A stretch of 27,067 nt of DNA from Telluribacter sp. (GCA_040394275.1 JBEBSO010000001.1:1-27067), one strand, 5' to 3'. Counted from the first letter of the stretch, positions 9,984 through 18,750 are shown. Numbers and translations are program-made. Notes: generated by a model from the sequence alone, not told the origin.

Positions 9984-11000
9984 TCAACATCCGGGCAGAA
10001 ATGAGCTTTCCCTTACGATCAGCTCGTGGGGCAGCACGATTTGCCTGGGTACGTCCGTTCCTTCCATAGACCGGAGCAGGTGGGTGAAGGCCTGCTTGCC
10101 CATCTCGTAGCTGTGCTGGTCCACGGTGGACATGGACGGCTCGGTGAAGGGCGTAAAGATCTCGTTGCCATATCCCACAACGGCGATGTCTTCCGGGATG
10201 CGGAACCCCTGCTTTTTGAAAGCGGACATGGCGCCGAGCAGGGGGTGGTCGCTGGATGAAAATATGGCTTCGGGAATATTGTGGGTTGCTATCATCATTT
10301 CTGCGGCTCTCATGCCGGCTTCAAGGTTTAACGTGTTTTTAAATATCCATCCGGGCGCTATTTCTATGCCCAGTTCCTGCATCGCGCTGCAATAGCCGCG
10401 GGTTCTTTCATGCCATATGGACACCGAGGCGTCGCCGGCGAAATGGAATATCCTGGTTCTCCCTTTTGATGCCAGGTGCATCACGGCTTCCCTGGAGGCG
10501 GAGAAATCGTCAATGGATATCCGGACGAATTCGTCACTCATCGGGTAGCGGTCAAAGAACACGACGGGTATCCCCTGGTCCTGCAGGGTCCGGAAATGCG
10601 CGTAGTCGCTCACGTCGGTGACCACCGAAATGATGAACCCGTCCACCACGCTTTCCGAAAGCATCTGCACCGCTTTCTTTTCCTGCGTGACGTCGTTCCG
10701 CGTCTGGCAGATGATCACGTTGTACCCTGCTTCCGAGGCGGCTTCTTCGATGCCGTTGATGGCCGAGGAGAAGAAATGCCGGTTGAGCTGGGGAATGACC
10801 ACTCCGATGGTCCGCGTATTGCCCTGCTTTAAGTTGACCGCGATGGTATTCCGCTTGTAATTCAGCTCCTTCGCGACCTCGTTTACTTTTCTTTTTACTT
10901 CATCGCTGATGTTGGAATGATCACGGAGCGCTCTCGATACGGTGGAGGCTGTAATGCCCAGTTTTTGTGCGATGTCATATATCGATGACTTTTTACCCAT
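9984..11000 (-). CDS. LacI family transcriptional regulator
   Basis: SIYDIAQKLGITASTVSRALRD HTH, hinge YKRNTIAVNL, IGVVIPQL, periplasmic-binding-type core, IPEDIAVVGY, PSMSTVDQ, LIVRESS. Confidence 0.95.
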   Translation of the reverse strand: MGKKSSIYDIAQKLGITASTVSRALRDHSNISDEVKRKVNEVAKELNYKRNTIAVNLKQGNTRTIGVVIPQLNRHFFSSAINGIEEAASEAGYNVIICQTRNDVTQEKKAVQMLSESVVDGFIISVVTDVSDYAHFRTLQDQGIPVVFFDRYPMSDEFVRISIDDFSASREAVMHLASKGRTRIFHFAGDASVSIWHERTRGYCSAMQELGIEIAPGWIFKNTLNLEAGMRAAEMMIATHNIPEAIFSSSDHPLLGAMSAFKKQGFRIPEDIAVVGYGNEIFTPFTEPSMSTVDQHSYEMGKQAFTHLLRSMEGTDVPRQIVLPHELIVRESSFLPGC

Positions 11001-11093
11001 TAACCTGAAATAAAGACGCCCCGGGCCTGGTGTCGTGTATGCCTCCGGCCTGGCCGGACCGGTAATGTTTGCAAGAATTTTAATTAGACTTTA

Positions 11094-11101
11094 CAAAGTT
11101 A
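11094..11101 (-). promoter_or_regulatory. Bacteroidota housekeeping promoter -7 element for lacI
   Basis: Minus strand reads TAACTTTG (consensus TAnnTTTG); a TTG lies ~20 bp upstream (11122-11124), as expected for the -33 element. Confidence 0.6.
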
Positions 11102-11121
11102 TAATAGGAATTTTAAATAAA

Positions 11122-11134
11122 CAATCGATTGCAT
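11122..11134. promoter_or_regulatory. Second LacI-type operator (autoregulatory)
   Basis: CAATCGATTGCAT matches the core of the 9933-9972 palindrome and overlaps the predicted -33 element of the lacI promoter. Confidence 0.65.
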
Positions 11135-11297
11135 GAAAATTTTTATTTTTTATTGTAAAAAAAGAGAAAATCCGCTGGAAAGGCCTGTTCCGGTGATAAA
11201 AAGAGGCCCCTGTCCGCCCGGCAGGAGTGAAGCTGCGCCCGCTTTCCACGGGAAGACCATGAAAATCAGCGGAGGCGGAATTAAGTATATTAATACT

Positions 11298-11305
11298 TAA
11301 ATTTG
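11298..11305 (+). promoter_or_regulatory. Putative -7 promoter element for the ECF sigma gene
   Basis: TAAATTTG matches TAnnTTTG, ~60 bp upstream of the GTG start. Confidence 0.5.
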
Positions 11306-11367
11306 TTTATAATTGTATACAAAGTAGGTATCAGGCATACAACTGATTTGGAAAATTAACCGGTGTC

Positions 11368-11943
11368 GTGGCTTTAAAAAGGATACATAATGAGGCAGAG
11401 CTGCTTGAACGGATCGCCGCGGGCGACCGGGCGGCTTTTTCCGATCTTTTTTATGCCAGTAATCAGCCGGTCAGCGTGTTTTTCCAAACATTTACCGGCT
11501 CGGCCGAAACAACCGAGGACATCCTCCAGGATGTCTTTGTGAAAATCTGGACGGACCGCGGCAAGCTCCCGGAGATCTCGAATTTTACGGGCTACCTGTT
11601 TGTCCTGACGCGCAATTATTCCCTCAACTACATCCGGAGGACGGCCAACGAGCGGCGCAGGCAGCTGGAATACCTGGAAATGACCGGCGGGCAGGCCGGT
11701 ATGGCCGAACCTGAGCCGGATTACCTGGCCCTGCTGGACCGTGCGGTCGAAAGGCTCCCCCCGCAGCAGCAGAAGGTGTTCATGCTGAAAAAGCAGGGCA
11801 TGAAAAACCCCGAAATTGTAGAGAAGCTGGGACTCACCCTCTCTTCGGTGAAGAAATACCAGCAGCTCGCGCTCCGGGCGGTGTCTGATTTTGTCAAAAT
11901 ACACAGCCTTATTTCATTGCTGGTGATCACCGGCTGGCTGTAG
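11368..11943 (+). CDS. ECF-type RNA polymerase sigma-70 factor (Bacteroidota, FecI-like)
   Basis: GTG start; AAGDRAAFSDLF, EDILQDVFVKIW (region 2), FTGYLF..TRN..LN..R, LPPQQQKVFMLK.QG....EI...LGLT.SSVK (region 4). Confidence 0.92.
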   Translation: MALKRIHNEAELLERIAAGDRAAFSDLFYASNQPVSVFFQTFTGSAETTEDILQDVFVKIWTDRGKLPEISNFTGYLFVLTRNYSLNYIRRTANERRRQLEYLEMTGGQAGMAEPEPDYLALLDRAVERLPPQQQKVFMLKKQGMKNPEIVEKLGLTLSSVKKYQQLALRAVSDFVKIHSLISLLVITGWL

Positions 11944-12057
11944 CCTCCTGTTTTCTTCCTGTTTCTTCTCGTTTTTTTAAATTTTTTCAGGACACTGTAT
12001 CTCCTTTTGTCCCCGTGCTGTGTCTTTATTCCGGACTGACAGGCAAAAGATCTGATT

Positions 12058-13293
12058 TTGGAAAAAGACGAGGAATTCAAACAAAGGCTGACGGAGCTGC
12101 TGCGGCTGCTGGCCGACCGGCAGGCCACACCGGAACAAAGGGACGAGCTGTTTATGCGCATGGCGGAGAAGGGAAGGGAAAACATCGTCAACGGGCTGCT
12201 GGAAACGTATTGGCAGGGCATCGATCCGGAGGCCGGCTTGTTTGCCGCCGGGGAAAGCGCGCATTTGCTGCAGCGTATCCTGTCTGCCGCGGAAGCGCAG
12301 GGGGCCCGCCCGCCGGAAGAGGTGCCGCTGCGTTCCTACCGGGTCTTCTACCGGGCGGCTGCCGCGTGCGTCCTGCTGCTGCTGCTCGCCGGCACGTACC
12401 TGGCGGTCAGGCGGACCGGGCCCGACGCTCCTGTAGCCGCTACGTTTGAGAACATTTCACCGGGCGGGGAAAAAGCGACGCTGACGCTGGCGAACGGCAG
12501 GAAAATTGCCCTGGATGATGTGCCGGTCGGCGTGCTGGCCGAGCAGGGAGCCGTGACGATCAGCAAGCCGGGCGAAGGATCGCTGGTGTATCACCTGGAC
12601 GACCTGACGGGGCGAAGCCCGGGAAGGGAGGCTGTCGAATACCATACTATATCCACGCCCGTCGGGGGAAAATACAGGGTGGTGCTGCCCGACGGGAGCA
12701 GGGTCTGGCTGAATGCCGCCACCACGCTCAGGTACCCCACCCGTTTCGAGGGCGCACAAAGACGCGTGGAGCTGAAGGGAGAAGCCTACCTGGAAGTAAA
12801 TACGCTCGGGAGGAACGGGGAAAGGGTGCCTTTCCAGGTTCTGTCGGGAGATCAGCTGGTGGAGGTATTGGGGACGCACTTCAATATAAACAGCTATGAA
12901 GACGAAAAAATAGCCAAAACGACCCTGCTGGAGGGAAGCATCCGGGTCAGGAGCGTAGCTGGCGGGCGGGAGCTGAAGCTGGTTCCGGGACAGCGGTCCG
13001 AGCTCTCCGCCAACGGGGAGCTGAAGCTGTTTAAGGATGCGGATATGGAAGAGGCCGTGGCCTGGAAGGATGATTTCTTCAGCTTCAACGGATCGGATGT
13101 GCGCAGCGTCATGCGCCAGATTTCCAGGTGGTACGACGTAGAGGTGCAGTTTGAGCCGGGATTGCCCCGGGAGCACATGACGGGCTATATCAGCCGCAAG
13201 GTGCCGTTGTCAAGGGTGGTGACCATGCTTGAGCAGACCAGCGACCTCAGGTTCAGGCTGGAGGGCAGGACGGTATGGGTAGGCTACCAGTGA
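12058..13293 (+). CDS. fecR: FecR family anti-sigma factor
   Basis: TTG start; single TM (AAAACVLLLLLAGTYL), TPVGGKYRVVLPDGSRVWLNAATTLRYP, VELKGEAYLEV, VEVLGTHFNINSY, TTLLEGSI, C-terminal ISRWYDVEV domain. Confidence 0.93.
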   Translation: MEKDEEFKQRLTELLRLLADRQATPEQRDELFMRMAEKGRENIVNGLLETYWQGIDPEAGLFAAGESAHLLQRILSAAEAQGARPPEEVPLRSYRVFYRAAAACVLLLLLAGTYLAVRRTGPDAPVAATFENISPGGEKATLTLANGRKIALDDVPVGVLAEQGAVTISKPGEGSLVYHLDDLTGRSPGREAVEYHTISTPVGGKYRVVLPDGSRVWLNAATTLRYPTRFEGAQRRVELKGEAYLEVNTLGRNGERVPFQVLSGDQLVEVLGTHFNINSYEDEKIAKTTLLEGSIRVRSVAGGRELKLVPGQRSELSANGELKLFKDADMEEAVAWKDDFFSFNGSDVRSVMRQISRWYDVEVQFEPGLPREHMTGYISRKVPLSRVVTMLEQTSDLRFRLEGRTVWVGYQ

Positions 13294-13308
13294 TTTAAAT
13301 TTTCCGGT

Positions 13309-13391
13309 TGATGAAATGAGCGCAAGCGGAAGTGTGCACAAACGGATCGCCGTCCGGCCTTGCATGATTATTCCGGCGCCTTCCGTCTGAC
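13309..13391 (+). repeat. Structured intergenic element, copy A (homologous to 18808-18882)
   Basis: First 20 nt are 19/20 identical to copy B; block 13351-13391 matches 18842-18882 at 30/41 without gaps. Confidence 0.7.
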
Positions 13392-13454
13392 CTTAAACAG
13401 CAATAAAAAATAAACAGATGAACAGACCTGACTCTTCCTGACAGCCCTGACCTG

Positions 13455-13489
13455 AAAAAAAAGACGGCTGCATTTGCCGATGCAGCCGT
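13455..13489 (-). terminator. Intrinsic terminator on the antisense strand of the susC leader
   Basis: 10-bp perfect stem ACGGCTGCAT/ATGCAGCCGT (13464-13473/13480-13489) with 6-nt loop; the A-run to its left reads as a U-tract on the minus strand. Confidence 0.65.
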
Positions 13490-13549
13490 ACAGTTCAGGT
13501 AACAGGATCCAATGACTTGCAATCAACAGTACCAGTTTTCAACCTAAAC
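13455..13549 (-). ncRNA. Predicted cis-antisense sRNA (DonS-like) opposite the susC 5' leader
   Basis: Minus-strand TACATTTG (-7 consensus) at 13554-13561 overlapping the susC ATG, plus the terminator at 13455-13489; same layout as the antisense sRNAs of ECF-regulated Bacteroides PULs. Ends are predicted. Confidence 0.55.
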
Positions 13550-13560
13550 CATACAAATGT

Positions 13561-16500
13561 ATGAAAGATACATGTATGTTTTTCTCTTTCCGGAGAAAAC
13601 CTATTCACCGTTTGGGCCGGCCCTGGCCGGTCAGATTCGTCCGTATTATGAAGTATACTGGCTTTTTGCTGCTGGCAGCGTGCATGCAGGTAAGCGCCGC
13701 TGCTTATTCCCAGCTGGTGTCTCTGCAGGTCAGGGAGGCCAGGCTGGAGCAGGTATTCCGGCAGATCCGGAAGCAAACCGGGTACAATTTCCTGTATAAA
13801 AACGAACTTCTCGAAAAAGCCGCGCCCGTTACGCTTCATGTAAAGGAAAAGCCGCTCACGGAAGTGCTGGGGGAATTGCTCAGGAGCAGGGAGCTGTCCT
13901 ACGTTATCCAGGATAAGACGATATTGGTCAGACGGGGCATTCCGAGTATATCCACAAAACAGCGGGGAGAGGGCGCCAGGGAGCCTGTAATTCCCCAGCT
14001 TGTGAAGGAGCAGCCCGAATCGCAGGGACCGGTGATCAGGCAGGAGCTGAAGGAGGTGGTGAAAAAGGACGTAGCCGTCCGGGGCCGGGTAACGGATGAA
14101 AAGGGAGAAGGGCTGGCCGGGGTGAACGTGGTCCAGAAAGGAACGCAGCGGGGGACCATTACGGATGGCGACGGAAACTTTTCCATCGAGGTAGCCACGG
14201 CGGATGCTACGCTGGTCTTCTCATTTGTAGGGTTCGATTCCAGGGAAATTGCGCTGGCGGGTAAAACCCAGGTGGAGGTCAGCATGACGGTAAATACCAA
14301 AGCGCTGGACGAGGTGCTTGTGGTCGGGTACGGCACGCAGAAAAAAATCAACCAGACGGGAGCCATCGCCCAGGTAGACTCCAGGGTGCTGGACAGCAGG
14401 CCGCTGACCAATCTCGGCCAGGGGCTCCAGGGCGTGGTGGCCAACCTCAACATCAACCCGGGCAGCGGTGCCCCGGGCCGGGGCGTTACGTTTAACATCC
14501 GCGGCAATACGTCGATCAACGGGGGCAATCCCCTGGTGCTGGTGGACGGTGTCCAGATGGATCCCAACCTGATCAACCCGCAGGACGTGCAGAGCGTCAC
14601 GGTATTGAAGGATGCGGCGTCGGCTTCCATCTACGGGGCAAGGGCTGCGTTCGGGGTGATCCTCATCACCACCAGGAACGGGTCCAGGAACAAGAAGCCG
14701 GTGGTCTCCTTTTCTATGAACCAGACAATGAACAAGCCGACCGTCGTGCCCCGTTCCATGAACTCCATCGAGTATACCCAATTCATGAACGACGGCAACA
14801 TGACGTCCAACGGGAGCCCGTATTTCGACGAGGAGACGATGGAGCACGTCCGGGCTTATTTTAACGACCCTGTCAACACCCCGACGATGTTCCAGCATTC
14901 GCAGGATCCCATAGGTATTTTCCGGGAAAATGCCAATACGATCTGGTCGGAAGAGCTGCTGAAAGATTCCTACCCGATGGGGCAATACAATGCCAGCATC
15001 TCGGGAGGCTCGGACAAGGTAACCTACTATTCCTCGTTCGGCTATATGAACCAGAAAGGAATATCCAAACCCGGTTCGGAGAATTTCAACCGGTACAACA
15101 TTACCCAGAATATAAGCTACCAGGTAAACAAATGGGCTTCGCTGAGGGGGAAAATCGCCTATAACGAAATCCGCCAGAAGATGAACCCCAGCAACAGCAC
15201 CAATAATTTCGGCGGCGACGAGATCTACGCTTCCTATTCGGCCTGGCCCATTATCCCGGTATATGCCCCGGACGGTAACTTCGACGAAACCAAGGGATAC
15301 AACATGGTTGCCTACCTGAAAAGCGGCGGATACCAGAAGCAGCAGACCAAGGATCTCTGGCTGACGGGCGCCCTGAAGCTGACGCCTGTCGACGGGCTGA
15401 CAGTCAATGTCGACTATACCTACAATGCCTACTTCGGGGACTATCTCAATTTCAGGAAGCAGTACTATACCCGCGACAACGGCGCGATCCTGTTGTCTCC
15501 CTGGGGCAATATCAACGCCGTTACCCGGAAGTCCACCAACAATGCCTACACCGCTTTCAATGCTTTTGCGGAGTATGAGCGGGAGGTGGACAGGCACGGG
15601 TTCAAGGTGCTGGCCGGCTTTAACCAGGAATACGGGGGACTGGGCTGGTTCCAGGCGGAGCGGCAAAGGCTGATCAACAATGACATCGGGTACATGAGCC
15701 TGGCCACGGGCGACCAGTATGCCAGCGACGGTGCATCAGAATATGCGATCAGGGGCGCATTTTCCCGGATCAACTACACTTGTGCAAACAGGTACCTCCT
15801 GGAGCTCAACGGAAGGTATGACGGCTCCTCCAAGTTTCCTTCGCGGGACCGCTTCGCTTTCTTCCCGTCCGTTTCGCTCGGATGGCGGGTGTCGGAGGAG
15901 GGCTTTTTTGCCGGGCTCCGTCCGGTCGTGGACGACTTTAAAATAAGAGCGTCCTATGGCAGCCTGGGCAACCAGGCCGTCGCCAGCAACTACCCTTATA
16001 TCGCCACGTACGGGACGGGTGAGGTGCCCTTTCTTTTTGCCGGCAACAAATACATGACGGTGTATGCTCCCGGCCTGGTGAGTCCCACCCTGACCTGGGA
16101 GAACGTCGTTCAGCGCAATATCGGTTTTGATTTTACGCTGTTCGGTGAAAAGCTGACCGGCGGACTTGATTTTTACACCCGGGAAACCCGCAACATGCTG
16201 GCCAAATCCAAGTCGCTTCCCGCCGTGCTGGCGACAGCCGAGCCGCAGACGAATGCGGCCGATATGAAGACCAGGGGATTTGAAATCACGCTGGGGTGGA
16301 AGCAGACCCTGCAGAACGGGCTGAGGTACGGGCTCAACGTGATGCTGTCGGATTATACAGCGGAAATTACCCGCTACGACAACCCGCAAAAAATTATTTC
16401 CGACTACTACCCGGGAAAAAGGCTGGGAGAGATATGGGGATTCGAGACGGAAGGGCTTTTCAAAACCGACGAAGAGGCGGCGAAGCTCGATCAGTCCCAG

Positions 16501-17100
16501 ATATCCGCCCATACTTTCCTGGCCGGTGACCTGAAGTTCCGGGACCTGAGCGGAGACCAGAAGATTACACGCGGAAAAGAGAGCCTCGACGATCACGGCG
16601 ACCTCACCCGGATAGGGAATTCCACACCCCGGTACAGCTACGGATGGAGGGGGGACGCCGAATGGAAAGGCTTTGACCTGGCCATCTTCTTCCAGGGAGT
16701 GGGAAAACGAAATGTAATGCCCAACTCGATCTATTTCCTGCAGCATTATACCAGCGAATGGGCTGTCCCGCAGAAGATCAACAGCGACTACTGGCGGCCG
16801 GACAACCAGGACGCCTACTTCCCCCGGGCCCGGATCGGTAATGCCCCCGAGATCGTGCAGCCGCAGTCCCGGTTCCTGCAGAATGCTGCCTACGTTAGGC
16901 TGAAACAGCTCACGCTGGGCTACACGCTGCCCGCCGGACTGGTCGGAAGGACGCCCCTGCAGCATGCGCGGATCTACCTTTCCGGCAGCAATCTGTGGGA
17001 GCATACCCGTATGCTCAACATATTCGACCCGGAAGCCTTTGCAAGCAACATGTACCCGCTGTCCAGGTCTTACTCCCTGGGTGTAAATGTTACCTTCTAA
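13561..17100 (+). CDS. susC: SusC/RagA family TonB-dependent transducer with N-terminal STN/signalling extension
   Basis: N-terminal VSLQVREARLEQVFRQIRKQTGYNFLY extension, VLVVGYGTQKK, QDVQSVTVLKDAASASIYGARAAFGVILITT, SPTLTWE, C-terminal YSLGVNVTF. Confidence 0.95.
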   Translation: MKDTCMFFSFRRKPIHRLGRPWPVRFVRIMKYTGFLLLAACMQVSAAAYSQLVSLQVREARLEQVFRQIRKQTGYNFLYKNELLEKAAPVTLHVKEKPLTEVLGELLRSRELSYVIQDKTILVRRGIPSISTKQRGEGAREPVIPQLVKEQPESQGPVIRQELKEVVKKDVAVRGRVTDEKGEGLAGVNVVQKGTQRGTITDGDGNFSIEVATADATLVFSFVGFDSREIALAGKTQVEVSMTVNTKALDEVLVVGYGTQKKINQTGAIAQVDSRVLDSRPLTNLGQGLQGVVANLNINPGSGAPGRGVTFNIRGNTSINGGNPLVLVDGVQMDPNLINPQDVQSVTVLKDAASASIYGARAAFGVILITTRNGSRNKKPVVSFSMNQTMNKPTVVPRSMNSIEYTQFMNDGNMTSNGSPYFDEETMEHVRAYFNDPVNTPTMFQHSQDPIGIFRENANTIWSEELLKDSYPMGQYNASISGGSDKVTYYSSFGYMNQKGISKPGSENFNRYNITQNISYQVNKWASLRGKIAYNEIRQKMNPSNSTNNFGGDEIYASYSAWPIIPVYAPDGNFDETKGYNMVAYLKSGGYQKQQTKDLWLTGALKLTPVDGLTVNVDYTYNAYFGDYLNFRKQYYTRDNGAILLSPWGNINAVTRKSTNNAYTAFNAFAEYEREVDRHGFKVLAGFNQEYGGLGWFQAERQRLINNDIGYMSLATGDQYASDGASEYAIRGAFSRINYTCANRYLLELNGRYDGSSKFPSRDRFAFFPSVSLGWRVSEEGFFAGLRPVVDDFKIRASYGSLGNQAVASNYPYIATYGTGEVPFLFAGNKYMTVYAPGLVSPTLTWENVVQRNIGFDFTLFGEKLTGGLDFYTRETRNMLAKSKSLPAVLATAEPQTNAADMKTRGFEITLGWKQTLQNGLRYGLNVMLSDYTAEITRYDNPQKIISDYYPGKRLGEIWGFETEGLFKTDEEAAKLDQSQISAHTFLAGDLKFRDLSGDQKITRGKESLDDHGDLTRIGNSTPRYSYGWRGDAEWKGFDLAIFFQGVGKRNVMPNSIYFLQHYTSEWAVPQKINSDYWRPDNQDAYFPRARIGNAPEIVQPQSRFLQNAAYVRLKQLTLGYTLPAGLVGRTPLQHARIYLSGSNLWEHTRMLNIFDPEAFASNMYPLSRSYSLGVNVTF

Positions 17101-17118
17101 CCCTTAAATGACATCAAG

Positions 17119-18750
17119 ATGAGAAAGTATATAACAGCACTGCCGGTGGTGATCCTGCTTGTTTTTGCCGCAGGATGCAACGACGACTTCATGGAAAGAG
17201 TGCCGCCGGACAAGATCAACGATGCCAATTTCTGGAAGAAGCCGTCGGATCTGAAATCCTATGCCAACCAGTTTTACCCGTCGCTGACCGACGCCAATTC
17301 GTTCTGGAGGATCGACAACCAGAGCGATAACCAGTGCCCGTCTTCGCTGGACGGGTTTATCTGGGGGCAGTACGTGGTGCCTTCGAGCGGGGGAGGCTGG
17401 GCCAAATCGGATTGGGAGAAGATCCGGAGCTGCAACTATTTTTTGAAAGAGTACCGGTCCGTGCAGGGAAATCCCGACGAGATCAATTCCTACCTGGCGG
17501 AGATTTATTTTTTCAAGGCTTTCTTTTACTACCAGAAGCTCAGGCAATTCGGCGACGTACCCTGGCTGAACGAGGTGCTCCAGATCAATTCGGAAGCGCT
17601 GATGGCGCCGAGGGATTCGAGGAAAGTCGTGTCGGATTCCATTGCCTTCTACCTGGACAGGGCCGCCGCCTATCTTCCCGACGCATCTGCGGAAGGACGG
17701 GTGACCAGGTTTGCGGCGCTTGCGCTGAAGTCCCGGGTCTGCCTGTTTGAGGGGACTTACAGGAAATATCGCGGACTGGGAGACCATGAAAAAATGCTGC
17801 AGGCTTCCGTGGCTGCGGCCCGCGAGGTGATGTCTTCCGGCCAGTTCGGGGTCTATGCTACGGGGGATACGCAGGCCGATTACTACAACCTGTTTATTGC
17901 CGACGAGCTGAGAGGCAACCCGGAAGCGATTATGATCCAGGCTTTCGCCACCGACAAGCTCATGCACAACCGGAACCGGATTCTGAGCGAGCCCCAGGCG
18001 GGTTTTTCGAAAGACTTTGCGGAATCCTACCTGTGCCGGGACGGTAAGCCCATCGCGGTGAGCCCGCTTTATAAAGGAGATGCAAAATTTGCGGATGAGT
18101 TCATAGACCGGGATCCCCGCATGCAGCAGACCATTTATACCGCCGATCGCCCGATCCTGGTCACATCCGCCGGCGAAATCAGGTACCAGGAAGTGCCGGA
18201 ATTCAACAACCAGCGCTGCAATACGGGCTACAGGATCGTCAAATTCTATTCTCCGAAAGAGCGCGACCTGGAGCAGGGCCGGTCTGTGAAGCCCCATTTT
18301 ATTTTCCGTTACAGCGAGGTGCTGCTCAACTACGCGGAAGCCCAGGCGGAGCTCAATGCCTGCACGCAGGCGGTGCTCGACGAATCGGTCAACCTGCTGA
18401 GGGAAAGGGTGGGCATGCCCAAGCTGACCGTGGAGGTAGGATTTACAGACCCGTCCTGGCCCGGTTGGGAAGTCGCCGTGTCGCCGCTGATCAACGAGAT
18501 CCGGAGAGAGCGCCGGGTTGAGCTGGCTGCCGAAGGCTTCCGTTTCGACGATCTCCGGCGCTGGAAGGCAGGTAAGCTGCTGGAAAACGTTAAAACCTAC
18601 TCCGGCGCCCGTGATCCGCAGACCAGTACGTACCGTGCGCTGTACCCGGGCAACACCAGGTCCTGGAACGATAAGCTTTACCTGTACCCGATTCCGTCGA
18701 TCGAGCTGACGCTCAACCCGCAGATCAAACAAAATCCCGGATGGCAGTAA
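17119..18750 (+). CDS. susD: SusD/RagB family lipoprotein
   Basis: Lipobox FAAGC; AEIYFFKAFFYY....FGDVPW, GRVTRFAALALKSRVCLFEGT, IFRYSEVLLNYAEA, EIRRERRVELAAEGFRFDDLRRW, YLYPIP..EL..NP.I.QNPGW. Confidence 0.95.
   Translation: MRKYITALPVVILLVFAAGCNDDFMERVPPDKINDANFWKKPSDLKSYANQFYPSLTDANSFWRIDNQSDNQCPSSLDGFIWGQYVVPSSGGGWAKSDWEKIRSCNYFLKEYRSVQGNPDEINSYLAEIYFFKAFFYYQKLRQFGDVPWLNEVLQINSEALMAPRDSRKVVSDSIAFYLDRAAAYLPDASAEGRVTRFAALALKSRVCLFEGTYRKYRGLGDHEKMLQASVAAAREVMSSGQFGVYATGDTQADYYNLFIADELRGNPEAIMIQAFATDKLMHNRNRILSEPQAGFSKDFAESYLCRDGKPIAVSPLYKGDAKFADEFIDRDPRMQQTIYTADRPILVTSAGEIRYQEVPEFNNQRCNTGYRIVKFYSPKERDLEQGRSVKPHFIFRYSEVLLNYAEAQAELNACTQAVLDESVNLLRERVGMPKLTVEVGFTDPSWPGWEVAVSPLINEIRRERRVELAAEGFRFDDLRRWKAGKLLENVKTYSGARDPQTSTYRALYPGNTRSWNDKLYLYPIPSIELTLNPQIKQNPGWQ

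Noticed and set aside
11190-11260. CCACGGGAAG reminiscent of a cobalamin riboswitch
   Set aside because: The GGGAA..GGTG.AA.TCC core and the B12 box are absent
13309-13390. UGAUGA ... CUGA resembling C/D-box guide RNA boxes in both repeat copies
   Set aside because: Bacteria lack the C/D machinery, the terminal stems are negligible, and CUGA does not align between the two copies
13518-13524. TGCAATC half-site of the LacI operator in the second susC leader
   Set aside because: Only one half-site with no dyad, so insufficient to claim cross-regulation
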